DNA of 36,224 nucleotides, taken from positions 1 through 36,224 of the IMG/VR virus record IMGVR_UViG_3300024038_000030. One strand, written 5' to 3'. Positions 1 to 8,217 of the stretch are shown piece by piece. Positions within the stretch are counted from its first letter, which is position 1. Each line of letters opens with the position of its first letter. The notes beneath the pieces are model-generated. The model did no database searches and was not told where the DNA came from. It saw only the letters and a list, made by a program, of their open reading frames with translations. The stretch comes from a virus. Its lineage: Duplodnaviria > Caudoviricetes. The position numbers and the translations under genes are program-made.

Positions 1-558
1 CTAATCCTCGAAATCGCCGAGACCCACATCACGCAGGCGCTGCTTGAGTTCTTCCAGCCCGCGCGACACCAGTTTCCTGGCCGCCTCGGCCGACGGGATG
101 CCGGCGAGATCGGCGATTTCCTGCAGTGAAAAGCCCTGCAGGTGCAAAGCGATCGGCAACCGGCGACGCTCGGGAATCTCGTCTAGGCACCGCTTGAGAC
201 CGTGCATCCGTTCCAAGTCGCCGGCGCGCCGATCCGGCGCAACCTGCGCCACGTCCAGATCGATCGCTCCTTCGTCTTCCTCCTCCGGCAGCGGCTCCGC
301 CGCCCGGACCTGGGCCCGTCGCAGGGCATCGATCACGGTGCTCGCAACGACCCGCTGCACATAAGACGCATGAAAGGCGCCGGACCGGTCACGCTCAAGC
401 GCATGCCACAGGCGGATGCGGACTTCCTGCTCGACATCGGCCGGGTCGATGCCGTGCTTGTCGAGGCCGTAGGTCGACAGCAGCGCCCGCACGCGGGCGC
501 CATAGGCGGCCAACAGCTCTTCGAGGCGGGCATGGATCGGATCGGAGGGGTTGGGCAT
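1..558 (-). CDS. ECF-family RNA polymerase sigma factor (host gene flanking prophage)
   Basis: Region-2-like 'ADVEQEVRIRLW...VIDALRR' and region-4 HTH 'LDEIPERRRLPIALHLQGFSLQEIADLAG...ARKLVSRG'; ATG 558 (MPNPSDP) preferred over the 705 ORF start. Confidence 0.85.
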   Translation of the reverse strand: MPNPSDPIHARLEELLAAYGARVRALLSTYGLDKHGIDPADVEQEVRIRLWHALERDRSGAFHASYVQRVVASTVIDALRRAQVRAAEPLPEEEDEGAIDLDVAQVAPDRRAGDLERMHGLKRCLDEIPERRRLPIALHLQGFSLQEIADLAGIPSAEAARKLVSRGLEELKQRLRDVGLGDFED

Positions 559-823
559 GACGGACGTGGACGAGCGGCCGGCTATGCTCCCCGACGGGGC
601 GCGCTGGCGCAACCGGAGCGCGACCGAGCGCGGAGCGAAAAATTGCCGGAAGCCATTTTTGACATCGCGCAAACGATGGCCCGAGGGTTGCCTGACGGGG
701 CACACGATATCTCTTCACAGGGATCGTTGATAACTGGGATATCGTGGGCAACCAAGGGAAGAAACGGGAACGAAAATTGAAAACCCGTTTCGTGGTGCAA
801 AAAACGGCGCTGAGCACCTGTTG

Positions 824-1720
824 CTACTGGTTAGCGCGGATGCCGTTGTCGGTGAAGACCGTCACGAGGTAGCGCAGGAACGCCGGAACATCGGCCTCGT
901 TGGCCGGCACGTCGCTCCCCTCGATGCAGACCTCGGCGAGGTGGTTATCTGGCGGCGTGCGTACCAGGCAGGTCACCGCTTTGACGCCCTCGAACGGGCG
1001 CACCAGATTGATGGAAACAATCGGGTTTCGATCTCCGTCGAGGGCGTCAGCAGCGGCGCCCAGGAACGCTGGGATGTCAGACAGGCTCTCTGGAGAAGCG
1101 ACGCCGGACAGTCGAACGTTGAGTAACGACCCGCCGCGGCGGAGTTGCACGTTAAAAGTGCAAATGCGCCGAGTCGGCACATTGAGCAGCTCCTTTGACG
1201 GGTCGATTTGGAGAGGACGCAGAACTGGGGCCAGTGGCGAACTCATGAGGGCGCCCTTGCGCTCGTTGTGCAGGACGGTCTCGACGCCGGGGTTACTGCC
1301 CGACGGCTCGATCGGAGAGGCTGGAAGCGGCATCCAATGAGTGGGGACGTCATCCACGAACGAACCTGGCTTGAGGGGGCCGTCACGGCCATAGTCCCTC
1401 CACCAAGCTCCACGCTCAAACCAGCAATCGGTCTCTCGCGCCCCCGCGTTTCTCGGCCCGGCCACCCAGAGATCAACAAGCGTTCCGTCTGTCGGGGCCG
1501 TCGCGATCGGACGCCACATCGTGCCCGGCGGCTGGATCGGACCGATGACCTTGATGCGCTCGACGTAGTCGACGTCGACCTCCAGCGCGCTGCCGTCCTC
1601 GAATCGGATGCGCAACACGTCAAGGCGAAAATGGGGTTCGTTCTCTTCCCATTCGACGGCTGCGACCGTTCGGCCAGCGCATTGCGTACTGACCGCCGTA
1701 ATCTCGCTGGTCTTCATCAT
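824..1720 (-). CDS. Multi-module hypothetical protein with central DUF551-like module
   Basis: 'WRPIATAPTDGT...PTHWMPLP' DUF551-like motifs; GGAGGA RBS directly upstream; last gene of early operon. Confidence 0.65.
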   Translation of the reverse strand: MMKTSEITAVSTQCAGRTVAAVEWEENEPHFRLDVLRIRFEDGSALEVDVDYVERIKVIGPIQPPGTMWRPIATAPTDGTLVDLWVAGPRNAGARETDCWFERGAWWRDYGRDGPLKPGSFVDDVPTHWMPLPASPIEPSGSNPGVETVLHNERKGALMSSPLAPVLRPLQIDPSKELLNVPTRRICTFNVQLRRGGSLLNVRLSGVASPESLSDIPAFLGAAADALDGDRNPIVSINLVRPFEGVKAVTCLVRTPPDNHLAEVCIEGSDVPANEADVPAFLRYLVTVFTDNGIRANQ

Positions 1721-1990
1721 TCCTCCGGGAACAGCGCGCCCTGGCGCTCGTTTAGAGTTGTGTCTTCAGCTTCGTCAAAACGGCAATCGCTAGTGCGACC
1801 GCTTCCTCCGTCTGATCAGATCGCAGCGCGGCTTCAAACACGTTGGCGATACGATTTGCGAAGGACAGCCTGTCGAAAGTGAAGCTGTCCGCAGGTTGCA
1901 GCGTGTCGATCGTCTGAATTACGAGCCGCAGGACTTGTTCTGTAGCCATTAGTTTTCTTCCTCCGGGAACAGCGCGCCCTGGCGCTCGTT
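1720..1990. repeat. Perfect 33-bp direct repeat (1720-1752 and 1958-1990)
   Basis: ttcctccgggaacagcgcgccctggcgctcgtt occurs twice; second copy is the 3' end of mor. Confidence 0.95.
1752..1949 (-). CDS. Small hypothetical protein (65 aa) between the 33-bp repeats
   Basis: ATG overlaps mor stop (TAATG); RBS within mor 3' end. Confidence 0.7.
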   Translation of the reverse strand: MATEQVLRLVIQTIDTLQPADSFTFDRLSFANRIANVFEAALRSDQTEEAVALAIAVLTKLKTQL

Positions 1991-2314
1991 GTACAGGGCG
2001 GTCTCGACGATCTTGACACGCTTGTAGGCGGTCGGCACGGAGACCTCGAACTTCTTCGCGGTGGCGCCGATGTCACGGCCGTTGAGGCAGTACCACTCGA
2101 ACATTTCCTGGTCGCGCTCGGAGATCCGCAGCGCGAGGCCGATCGGCACGTAGATGAGCTGGCCGCGAAACTCCTCGCACGCCTTCTGCGCCGTGGCCAG
2201 GCCGAACTCGGCCGCTCGATCCGCGGGCACGCCCAAGACGGTCTGCACCTCCCGCCCGACGATGTCGGCAAGGTCGCGCATGAACGTGGCGACGCGGTCG
2301 AGGTTGGCGCTCAC
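1949..2314 (-). CDS. mor: Mor/C-family transcription activator
   Basis: 'FRGQLIYVP...ISERDQEMF...NGRDIGATAKKFEVSVPTAYKRVK' Mor-type signature; GTG start overlaps gemA stop; usual position after gemA. Confidence 0.85.
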   Translation of the reverse strand: MSANLDRVATFMRDLADIVGREVQTVLGVPADRAAEFGLATAQKACEEFRGQLIYVPIGLALRISERDQEMFEWYCLNGRDIGATAKKFEVSVPTAYKRVKIVETALYNERQGALFPEEEN

Positions 2315-2793
2315 GAGCCAGGCTTCTCCACGCGCGCGAGCCAGCGCTTGAGCTGCTCGATGACGTCGTGCGCCTGGGCGCGGTTGAGGTGCTGTGGCGC
2401 CAGCTCGTCCGGCGCGGGGATGGCCACGCTGGCGTGCTGCGCGATGTAGCGGCGCAGGGCGCGGTCGGACGCGTCGCGCACGGCGCCGGCGTTGGCCAGC
2501 TGCGTCCATAGCCAGCGGATCAGCGCGGCCGGCGTGCCCCGCTGGTAGTGGTTACCGGCGCGGCGCGGCGGCGACGTGTCGATCCAGCCTACGGCACGCA
2601 GATGCTTGAGCACGGCTTCTCGGCCGGCGGCGTCGAGCTGCGCGGCCGAACGCACGCGGGCGATCGACCACAGCATGTCGCGATAGGCCGAGTCGTCGCC
2701 GGGCTGGATCAAGCGGCGATCGGTGGCGCCGATGTGGATCTTCGCCAGCTCGATGGAGCGAGCCGATTTCGGCGCGCGCGGTGCGGGGCGCAT
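2311..2793 (-). CDS. gemA: Mu gp16/GemA-family protein (DUF1018)
   Basis: 'LAKIHIG...DDSAYRDML...SAAQLD...VLKHL..GW', 'IRWLW..L', 'VIEQLKRW'. Confidence 0.88.
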   Translation of the reverse strand: MRPAPRAPKSARSIELAKIHIGATDRRLIQPGDDSAYRDMLWSIARVRSAAQLDAAGREAVLKHLRAVGWIDTSPPRRAGNHYQRGTPAALIRWLWTQLANAGAVRDASDRALRRYIAQHASVAIPAPDELAPQHLNRAQAHDVIEQLKRWLARVEKPGS

Positions 2794-3734
2794 CAGCGCG
2801 CCTCCGGCATCGCGTTGTGCTCGACGCCATCGAGCGTGCGGCCGGCGAGCTTCTTGCCGGTGCGACGCACCGTGGCGCCATCATCGAACTGGTGGTGCCG
2901 GCCGGGGCCTTCGACCTCGGACACGGAAACGAACTCGCCCCACTGCTTGAAGAAGAACGGCACGCCGGAATCGGCGCATTGATCGCGCAGCGAGCGAGCC
3001 CAGTCCGGATGCATCGGGCGTGCGTGTGGGCCGCTCTCGCCGCCGGCAATGACCCAGTCAATCCTTGTGCCTTTCCAATCGCAGTCGGGAATGGCACGCG
3101 TGCCGGAAAGCGGGTAGACCTCCGCGCCAACGCTGTCTTCGTCGAAGTCGAGCACGCCGAGCTTCCAGAGGCGCAGATCGCCGAGCAGCGGCTCGCACGA
3201 CAGGAAACGCACCGCTGCCGGCGTCCGCAGTAGATACGGGATGCGCTCGTCCGCAGTCGCCTGGTTCTCCACGCTCACGCCAAGCCAGACGTTCGGCAAC
3301 GGCCAGCGCGAGCCATCGCTTGGGGCGTGCCGCCCCGCGAGCTTTGGCAACAGGTCGGCCATCCGCTGCGGCCGCTTCGTCAGCACCTGGAAGGTATGCT
3401 GGGGCGCCATCGACATGATGCCGAACACCTCGTCGATCCACTTATACGGCACGTTCTCGTGGAACAGGTCGCCGTGCGCGCAAACGAAAATGCGCCGCGG
3501 CCGCGACCAGCGCAGCGGCTGTTCGAGCCATTGCCGGTTGAAGCGCACCTGGCCGTTCCACACGGGGCCGGCTGCAGTGTCGACGGTCAGGCCCGCGCGC
3601 GACGGCTCGTTGCGCATGCGCGTGCCGGCGAGCTTCATCGCGTAGCAGTGCTTGCAGCCGGCCGACACGACCGAGCAGCCAGTAATCGGGTTCCAGGTCG
3701 CGTCGGTCCATTCGATCTTCGTGCCGTCGCTCAT
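2793..3734 (-). CDS. Phage Gp37/Gp68 (DUF5131) three-Cys-motif protein
   Basis: 'TKIEWTDATWNPITGCSVVSAGCKHCYA', 'DLFHE', 'FQVLTKRP', 'FLSCEPLLG', 'WVIAGGESG', 'FFFKQWG'; ATG 3734. Confidence 0.92.
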   Translation of the reverse strand: MSDGTKIEWTDATWNPITGCSVVSAGCKHCYAMKLAGTRMRNEPSRAGLTVDTAAGPVWNGQVRFNRQWLEQPLRWSRPRRIFVCAHGDLFHENVPYKWIDEVFGIMSMAPQHTFQVLTKRPQRMADLLPKLAGRHAPSDGSRWPLPNVWLGVSVENQATADERIPYLLRTPAAVRFLSCEPLLGDLRLWKLGVLDFDEDSVGAEVYPLSGTRAIPDCDWKGTRIDWVIAGGESGPHARPMHPDWARSLRDQCADSGVPFFFKQWGEFVSVSEVEGPGRHHQFDDGATVRRTGKKLAGRTLDGVEHNAMPEAR

Positions 3735-4324
3735 GTGGTCAATTCCTTGTAGAGGCACTCCACGCGATAGGCGTTGCGGGTGCTGATCCGATCGCCGAAC
3801 TGCAGGTAGGGCCGCGTGTAGCCCAGGCGCCTGGCGATGAATGCCTCGGTGTAGCCTTCGTCGTACAGCCGGGCGAGCAGCCTCTTCGTGCGCGCGGAAG
3901 AACGAATCGCGGCATCGGCGGCGCAGTCGAGGTTGACCTGCAGAATCAAGCGCTCGGTGCGCGCGCGAATGCGCGTGCGGCGGCCAGCGCGGATCTCGGT
4001 CAGGATGCAATCGGCAACATCCGTGGCCGCGTGAACAGCACGCCGCCCCACGCCAAGGCCGGCCAGCTTGTGCAGATGCGCGCGAGCGCGAGCGGCCGGC
4101 ACGAAACCGTTCCAGTCGCCCGCTGCGCGTGCCTTGCGCCGCTCATTTTCATAGCGGCTATTCGCCTTGCGGCAATCGGTGCAGCGGCATCCGGCGATGT
4201 AGCGAAGCCGATCGCCGTGCGGGCGATTGGCGGCAAGCTCGCTGACCGGCCGGAGACCGCGCTCTGCCAACGCTTGGCTCGGCAGCTTCGGCGCCGCCAT
4301 GAATCCGGCCGGGCCAATCATCAC
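3731..4324 (-). CDS. Hypothetical phage protein with HG-Y-GCRC-x2-C putative Zn motif and HTH-like segments
   Basis: 'HGDRLRYIAGCRCTDCRKAN'; coupled start/stop overlaps on both sides. Confidence 0.7.
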   Translation of the reverse strand: MMIGPAGFMAAPKLPSQALAERGLRPVSELAANRPHGDRLRYIAGCRCTDCRKANSRYENERRKARAAGDWNGFVPAARARAHLHKLAGLGVGRRAVHAATDVADCILTEIRAGRRTRIRARTERLILQVNLDCAADAAIRSSARTKRLLARLYDEGYTEAFIARRLGYTRPYLQFGDRISTRNAYRVECLYKELTT

Positions 4325-4536
4325 TCCACCTCGCGCTTTTTGCCGCAGAACGGGCAGTAATTGGCCACCACCACGGGCGCCTTCTTTACCGCGTTCCGTG
4401 GTGCGTCCGACAAGGGTTCAACGGCGATGCGAAGCCGAGCGATGAGCGCTTTGTCCGTAACTTGAATCGCGTGCGCCAAGCGGATGTTGTGCGGTCGAAG
4501 ATGGCTGTCCATCCTTGCTTCACAATCGCAGGACAT
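4321..4536 (-). CDS. Small Cys-rich (CxC...CPFCG) putative Zn-ribbon protein
   Basis: 'MSCDC...NYCPFCGKK'; coupled overlaps; GGAGG RBS. Confidence 0.75.
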   Translation of the reverse strand: MSCDCEARMDSHLRPHNIRLAHAIQVTDKALIARLRIAVEPLSDAPRNAVKKAPVVVANYCPFCGKKREVE

Positions 4537-4739
4537 CAGCGGCCTCCTTCGTTGGGCGCGCGGAACGCGCCGCGCTCATTGAGATAGCGCCGCGTGCCGT
4601 CTTCATCGACCACGGCCAGATTCAAGCCGCCCGCCGCGCGCGACAGCGCGGCAGCGGCATCCTCGACTTCGTGCGTGCGCTCGGCGTCGAACTCGACAAC
4701 CGTCTTCCACGCGCCATTCGCATTGATCTGCAACTTCAT
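4536..4739 (-). CDS. Small hypothetical protein (67 aa)
   Basis: AGGAG RBS; TGATG coupling to next gene. Confidence 0.7.
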   Translation of the reverse strand: MKLQINANGAWKTVVEFDAERTHEVEDAAAALSRAAGGLNLAVVDEDGTRRYLNERGAFRAPNEGGR

Positions 4740-4764
4740 CGCCTGCTCCTGTGGGGGCTTGGGG

Positions 4765-5295
4765 TTACGTCAACGCTTCCAACTCGGCATCGCCGACGAG
4801 CGCGTCGATCAGCTTGTCGATCTCGCCGTCCGCGGCCTTGATGACGACGGCGTCGACGTCGTCGGTGAGCGTCACGCCGACGCGCTTGAGGTCTTTCGCC
4901 GACAGGTTCGCGAGCGCCGCCTTGATCGGCACTTCGGTGGATTTGATGTAGGTGTCGGCGTCGTCGCCGAGCACGCGGCGCAGCGCCGCGACGCAGGCTT
5001 CGGCGTCGGAGATTTCCAGCTTCCCTTTTTGCTTCATCCAGCCGACGCGGATGCCGTGCAGCACGCGCGTCTTCGGCTTCTCGAACAGCACAGCGCTGGC
5101 TTCCAGCGACGCACGCAGCTCGCCGTGCGCGTCCTGCACGCGCGCCAGCGCGTTCTTGATGCCCTGCAGGCGGCGCCGCTTCGCGGCTTCCTGTTCCTCG
5201 CGCAGGGCGTTGAGGCGCTCGGCCAGCTCGGCGCGCGCGCCGGCGAAGACCTTCGCCTGGGATTCGATCGTTTCCATCGTGATGGTGTTGGACAT
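4765..5295 (-). CDS. gam: Gam-like host-nuclease inhibitor (DNA end-binding)
   Basis: N-terminal coiled coil then 'LFEKPKTRVLHGIRVGW', 'YIKSTEVPIKAAL', 'LKRVGV'; ATG 5295 with AGGA RBS. Confidence 0.7.
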   Translation of the reverse strand: MSNTITMETIESQAKVFAGARAELAERLNALREEQEAAKRRRLQGIKNALARVQDAHGELRASLEASAVLFEKPKTRVLHGIRVGWMKQKGKLEISDAEACVAALRRVLGDDADTYIKSTEVPIKAALANLSAKDLKRVGVTLTDDVDAVVIKAADGEIDKLIDALVGDAELEALT

Positions 5296-5345
5296 GGTGG
5301 TTCCTGTGACTGGGCGGATTGCCTGCGGGGGCGTCGGGAAATCCG

Positions 5346-5690
5346 TCAGGTCGGGATGCGTATCTGGCCGAAGAGGTCGGGCACCGAGACGCGCTTCATC
5401 GCGGCCATCTGCTGCGCGGTGCTGACCAGGCGATGGCGCAAGAACGCGAGCGTGTCGGCGAGTTCCTCCGGCGTTTCCGCGAGGAAATAGCCACTCGCCG
5501 GATGCGCGCACACGTGATGCCCTTCCATGCGCAGCTCGACCACCAGCCTGCGCACCAGGCGTTCGTCGCCGCGCGTCGGCTCAAAGCCGAGCGCCTCGCG
5601 CGTGAGCGCGGTCACCGTGACGCCGCGCGCGCGGCCGATGTGGTTGCGCAGCGCCACCAGCAGCGCGTCGCGCGTGATCCGGTCATCCAT
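5346..5690 (-). CDS. Winged-HTH protein conserved in Mu-like phages
   Basis: 'HIGRARGVTVTAL...ERLVRRLVVELRMEGHHVCAHPASGYFLAETPEEL'. Confidence 0.75.
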   Translation of the reverse strand: MDDRITRDALLVALRNHIGRARGVTVTALTREALGFEPTRGDERLVRRLVVELRMEGHHVCAHPASGYFLAETPEELADTLAFLRHRLVSTAQQMAAMKRVSVPDLFGQIRIPT

Positions 5691-6255
5691 CGAGAGCCTC
5701 CGGGCCAATGCCGTGTTGGCGCAGCTGTTCGATCGCCGCGTCGCGCGGGATCAGGCCGAGCTGCACGTCGCCGCGCATGCGCGAGATCAGGTTCATGCGG
5801 GCGACGCGCTCGTCGCCCTGATTCGTGCGCTCGCCGCGTCGGCGCGTTTCCTCGACGGCGCGCTCTTCCTGCGCACCGGCCTTGTCGGCCAGCGAAAAGA
5901 CGATCTCCAGCAGATAGCCGTGCGTCTTCAGCGGCAGGTCGAGCTTGTTCGCGTCGCGCTGCTCGACCATGCGTTCGAGCGCCTGCTGCCAGAGCGCGTG
6001 CGGGCAGCGACGCGTCAAACCGTTGCGAACAACGATCCCCTCGTCGAGCATCGGTTTCAGCTCGGACAACAGGTTTTCCACGCGGGCAAACGCGAGCGCG
6101 CGGCCCTTGGCGCGGAACATGCCCAGGTACGGCACCAGCAGTCCGCCGAGCGCCGGCACGCCGAGCGCGGTCACCAGCGCCGAGCGCGCGGCGTCCACCG
6201 CTAGCGCGGCCTCCAGCGAGAACGAGGCGTTACAGGCTGGACACTTGAGCTGCAT
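5683..6255 (-). CDS. Conserved Mu-like phage protein with N-terminal CPxC
   Basis: 'MQLKCPACNASFSLEA', 'YLGMFR', 'LPLKTHGYLLEI'. Confidence 0.75.
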   Translation of the reverse strand: MQLKCPACNASFSLEAALAVDAARSALVTALGVPALGGLLVPYLGMFRAKGRALAFARVENLLSELKPMLDEGIVVRNGLTRRCPHALWQQALERMVEQRDANKLDLPLKTHGYLLEIVFSLADKAGAQEERAVEETRRRGERTNQGDERVARMNLISRMRGDVQLGLIPRDAAIEQLRQHGIGPEALDG

Positions 6256-6508
6256 GCCGCTGCTCCTGCTCCGCGTTGTCCAGGATCGCCTGCAGCTTCG
6301 TCAGCACGTCTTCCGCGCGCTCGCGCGCCGCCTTCGCGGCAACGCGCTCACTGATCGCGTCGCGGCGTTCGTTGTAGGCGTCGCGCAGCTGCTGCGTGGC
6401 GAGCACCGATGCCGCCAGCTGATAGCCGACGAACACGGCCATGAGCAGCACCAGCACCAGCCATGCCGCGGACATCTTCGAGATCGAAACGACAACGGGG
6501 ATCTTCAC
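6230..6508 (-). CDS. Small single-TM/coiled-coil protein
   Basis: Hydrophobic 'AAWLVLVLLMAVFVGYQLA'; AGGAG RBS. Confidence 0.65.
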   Translation of the reverse strand: MKIPVVVSISKMSAAWLVLVLLMAVFVGYQLAASVLATQQLRDAYNERRDAISERVAAKAARERAEDVLTKLQAILDNAEQEQRHAAQVSSL

Positions 6509-6516
6509 GGCGGCTC

Positions 6517-6795
6517 CTAGGCGTGATGGTGGCGACGGAACAACGACGGCCGGCGGTACGGGCGCGGCGAGGTGTGATGCAGCGGGTCGATGAGGCGATC
6601 GCCGTGCATCGCCGCGTCCGGCAGATCGCTTTCGAGCCTTCCCTGCAGGTGGCGCACCTCGCGGTGTTGCGAGATGCGCCGCTCGCGCAGCGCCGGCGAC
6701 AGCGTGAGGAACTGCTCCAGCGACATGACCTCGGCCAGGCGCGCGTCGATGAAGCGGTCTGCCCAGTAGTCGAGCGTCTCGTCGGCGAGCCTCAT
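6517..6795 (-). CDS. Hypothetical protein
   Basis: ATG 6795 overlaps upstream stop (ATGA) with GGAG RBS. Confidence 0.65.
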   Translation of the reverse strand: MRLADETLDYWADRFIDARLAEVMSLEQFLTLSPALRERRISQHREVRHLQGRLESDLPDAAMHGDRLIDPLHHTSPRPYRRPSLFRRHHHA

Positions 6796-7016
6796 GACGG
6801 CTGCTCCGGCAGGCGAAAGCGCACCGGGCCCGGCTCGACCGTGACCACGCGCACCACCTTGCCCTTGCGCGCGTAGCGGCACAGCACGCTGCGCACCTCG
6901 AACGCCTCGGCGTCGATTACATCGGCGACTTCCCTGGCCGAGAACGCGCGCTTCGGATCACTCGCGAGCACGTCGCGCGAGCGCGACCACAGGCCGCCCC
7001 GCATCGGGCGGTTCAC
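6792..7016 (-). CDS. Small winged-HTH-like protein
   Basis: 'FSAREVADVIDAEAFEVRSVLCRYARKGKVVRV'; GTGA coupling. Confidence 0.6.
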   Translation of the reverse strand: MNRPMRGGLWSRSRDVLASDPKRAFSAREVADVIDAEAFEVRSVLCRYARKGKVVRVVTVEPGPVRFRLPEQPS

Positions 7017-7417
7017 GGCTGCACCGCCTGGTCGTCGACCTGCGCGGGCTTGAGCCATTGGTCAGGCAGGCACGAAAGGCCACCGCGGTAGCCCAGGTCG
7101 TAGAGCCAGCACGTCGCGCCTTCCGTCTCGTCGTGGAAGCGCGTGGTGCCCAATGGAAGCTCGCTCGGCACCGGCACCGGCGCCGCCTCGGCCTCGCGAA
7201 CCGTCATGCCGCGATCGCCGGTGCCGCGGCCGATCGCGAACACAAGCGGCTGCGCAATGAGCAGCGCGACGACGACCATGCGCAGGTGCTTGCGCGCGGC
7301 CGCATTTGCGGCGAGGGCGCGACGCAGGGTTTCGACCTTGGTCGCGTACGGCCTTATCGCCTCGTTGATGTCGCGGGCGCTGAACGTCCTGTGGAACGGA
7401 TAGGGTTCGGCGCTCAT
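7013..7417 (-). CDS. Hypothetical membrane-anchored protein
   Basis: TM-like 'MVVVALLIAQPLVFAIG'; C-terminal 'HDETEGATCW...GGLSCLP' Cys pair. Confidence 0.6.
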   Translation of the reverse strand: MSAEPYPFHRTFSARDINEAIRPYATKVETLRRALAANAAARKHLRMVVVALLIAQPLVFAIGRGTGDRGMTVREAEAAPVPVPSELPLGTTRFHDETEGATCWLYDLGYRGGLSCLPDQWLKPAQVDDQAVQP

Positions 7418-7761
7418 GGCGCGCACCCGGCGAACGCCAGCTGCATCGGCTGCTGCGCGGTGATGCGCACGCGCGTGAGCTGGCAGTCGTGCCAGTACGT
7501 GCCGTTGATCACGACCGTCCAGTTCTCGCCGAACGTTGCCGGCAACGCGCCGCGCGCAAACGATGTCGGAACCGGCGTGGACGTGTAGCCGAGCGATCCG
7601 AAATCCACGCGTGCGAGCGAGCCGTCGCCGCTGGTCTGGCGAAGGGTCACGCCCTCGTACACGTCGGTGCGGTCGGGGAACGAAAGGGTCAGCGTGTCGG
7701 CGAGCGCGGGCTGCGCGAGCGCGGTGACCAGGGCAAGAGCGAGCAGCGAACGATGGTTCAT
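7414..7761 (-). CDS. Putative secreted/periplasmic protein
   Basis: Sec signal peptide 'MNHRSLLALALVTALAQPALA-DT'; GGAGGA RBS. Confidence 0.7.
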   Translation of the reverse strand: MNHRSLLALALVTALAQPALADTLTLSFPDRTDVYEGVTLRQTSGDGSLARVDFGSLGYTSTPVPTSFARGALPATFGENWTVVINGTYWHDCQLTRVRITAQQPMQLAFAGCAP

Positions 7762-7762
7762 G

Positions 7763-8026
7763 TCATTCCTCCAGCGATTGTTTGAGCGCCTGGATCAGCG
7801 CGGTGATTTGCTTGCGGTCGAGCGCGCACAGGCCCGCGTCCACTTCGCTGCCGTGGCGCGGCGGCGTGACGGCGGCAGTGCGGAAGAACCGGTCGTGCGC
7901 GAGGGTGAAACAGCGCGTGTCGAGGTCGTTGTCGCGCATGAGGATTCGCGCGTACTGCCGCTGGTGCGGCGTCGCCGGGAAGCTGCCCACTGGCCGCTGC
8001 GCGAAAGGGATTTTCTCGGGCGTCAT
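7763..8026 (-). CDS. Hypothetical protein (87 aa)
   Basis: ATGA coupling; in early operon orientation. Confidence 0.65.
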   Translation of the reverse strand: MTPEKIPFAQRPVGSFPATPHQRQYARILMRDNDLDTRCFTLAHDRFFRTAAVTPPRHGSEVDAGLCALDRKQITALIQALKQSLEE

Positions 8027-8217
8027 GCGCGCAGCTCCGGTGGCAGCGTGGCCGTGATCAGCGCGCGCGCCTGCGTCAGCTCGCGCATCGACATGTCGAT
8101 GGCATCAAGGGCGTCGATGCGGTCTTCGCGCGCAATGTCGCGACGGGCGGTGCTGTTCCAGGAGGCAGCCTTGCGCAGCTGCGCGGCCACGACCTTCTTC
8201 GTTTCGGCCTTGTCCAT
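8023..8217 (-). CDS. Small hypothetical protein (64 aa, MDKAETKK...)
   Basis: Start overlaps ATPase stop; GGAGG RBS; 3' part of the 8023-9282 ORF. Confidence 0.65.
   Translation of the reverse strand: MDKAETKKVVAAQLRKAASWNSTARRDIAREDRIDALDAIDMSMRELTQARALITATLPPELRA

Noticed and set aside
559-705. N-terminal extension of the sigma factor ORF
   Set aside because: Low-complexity translation of the upstream/prophage-end region; ATG 558 gives a normal ECF length
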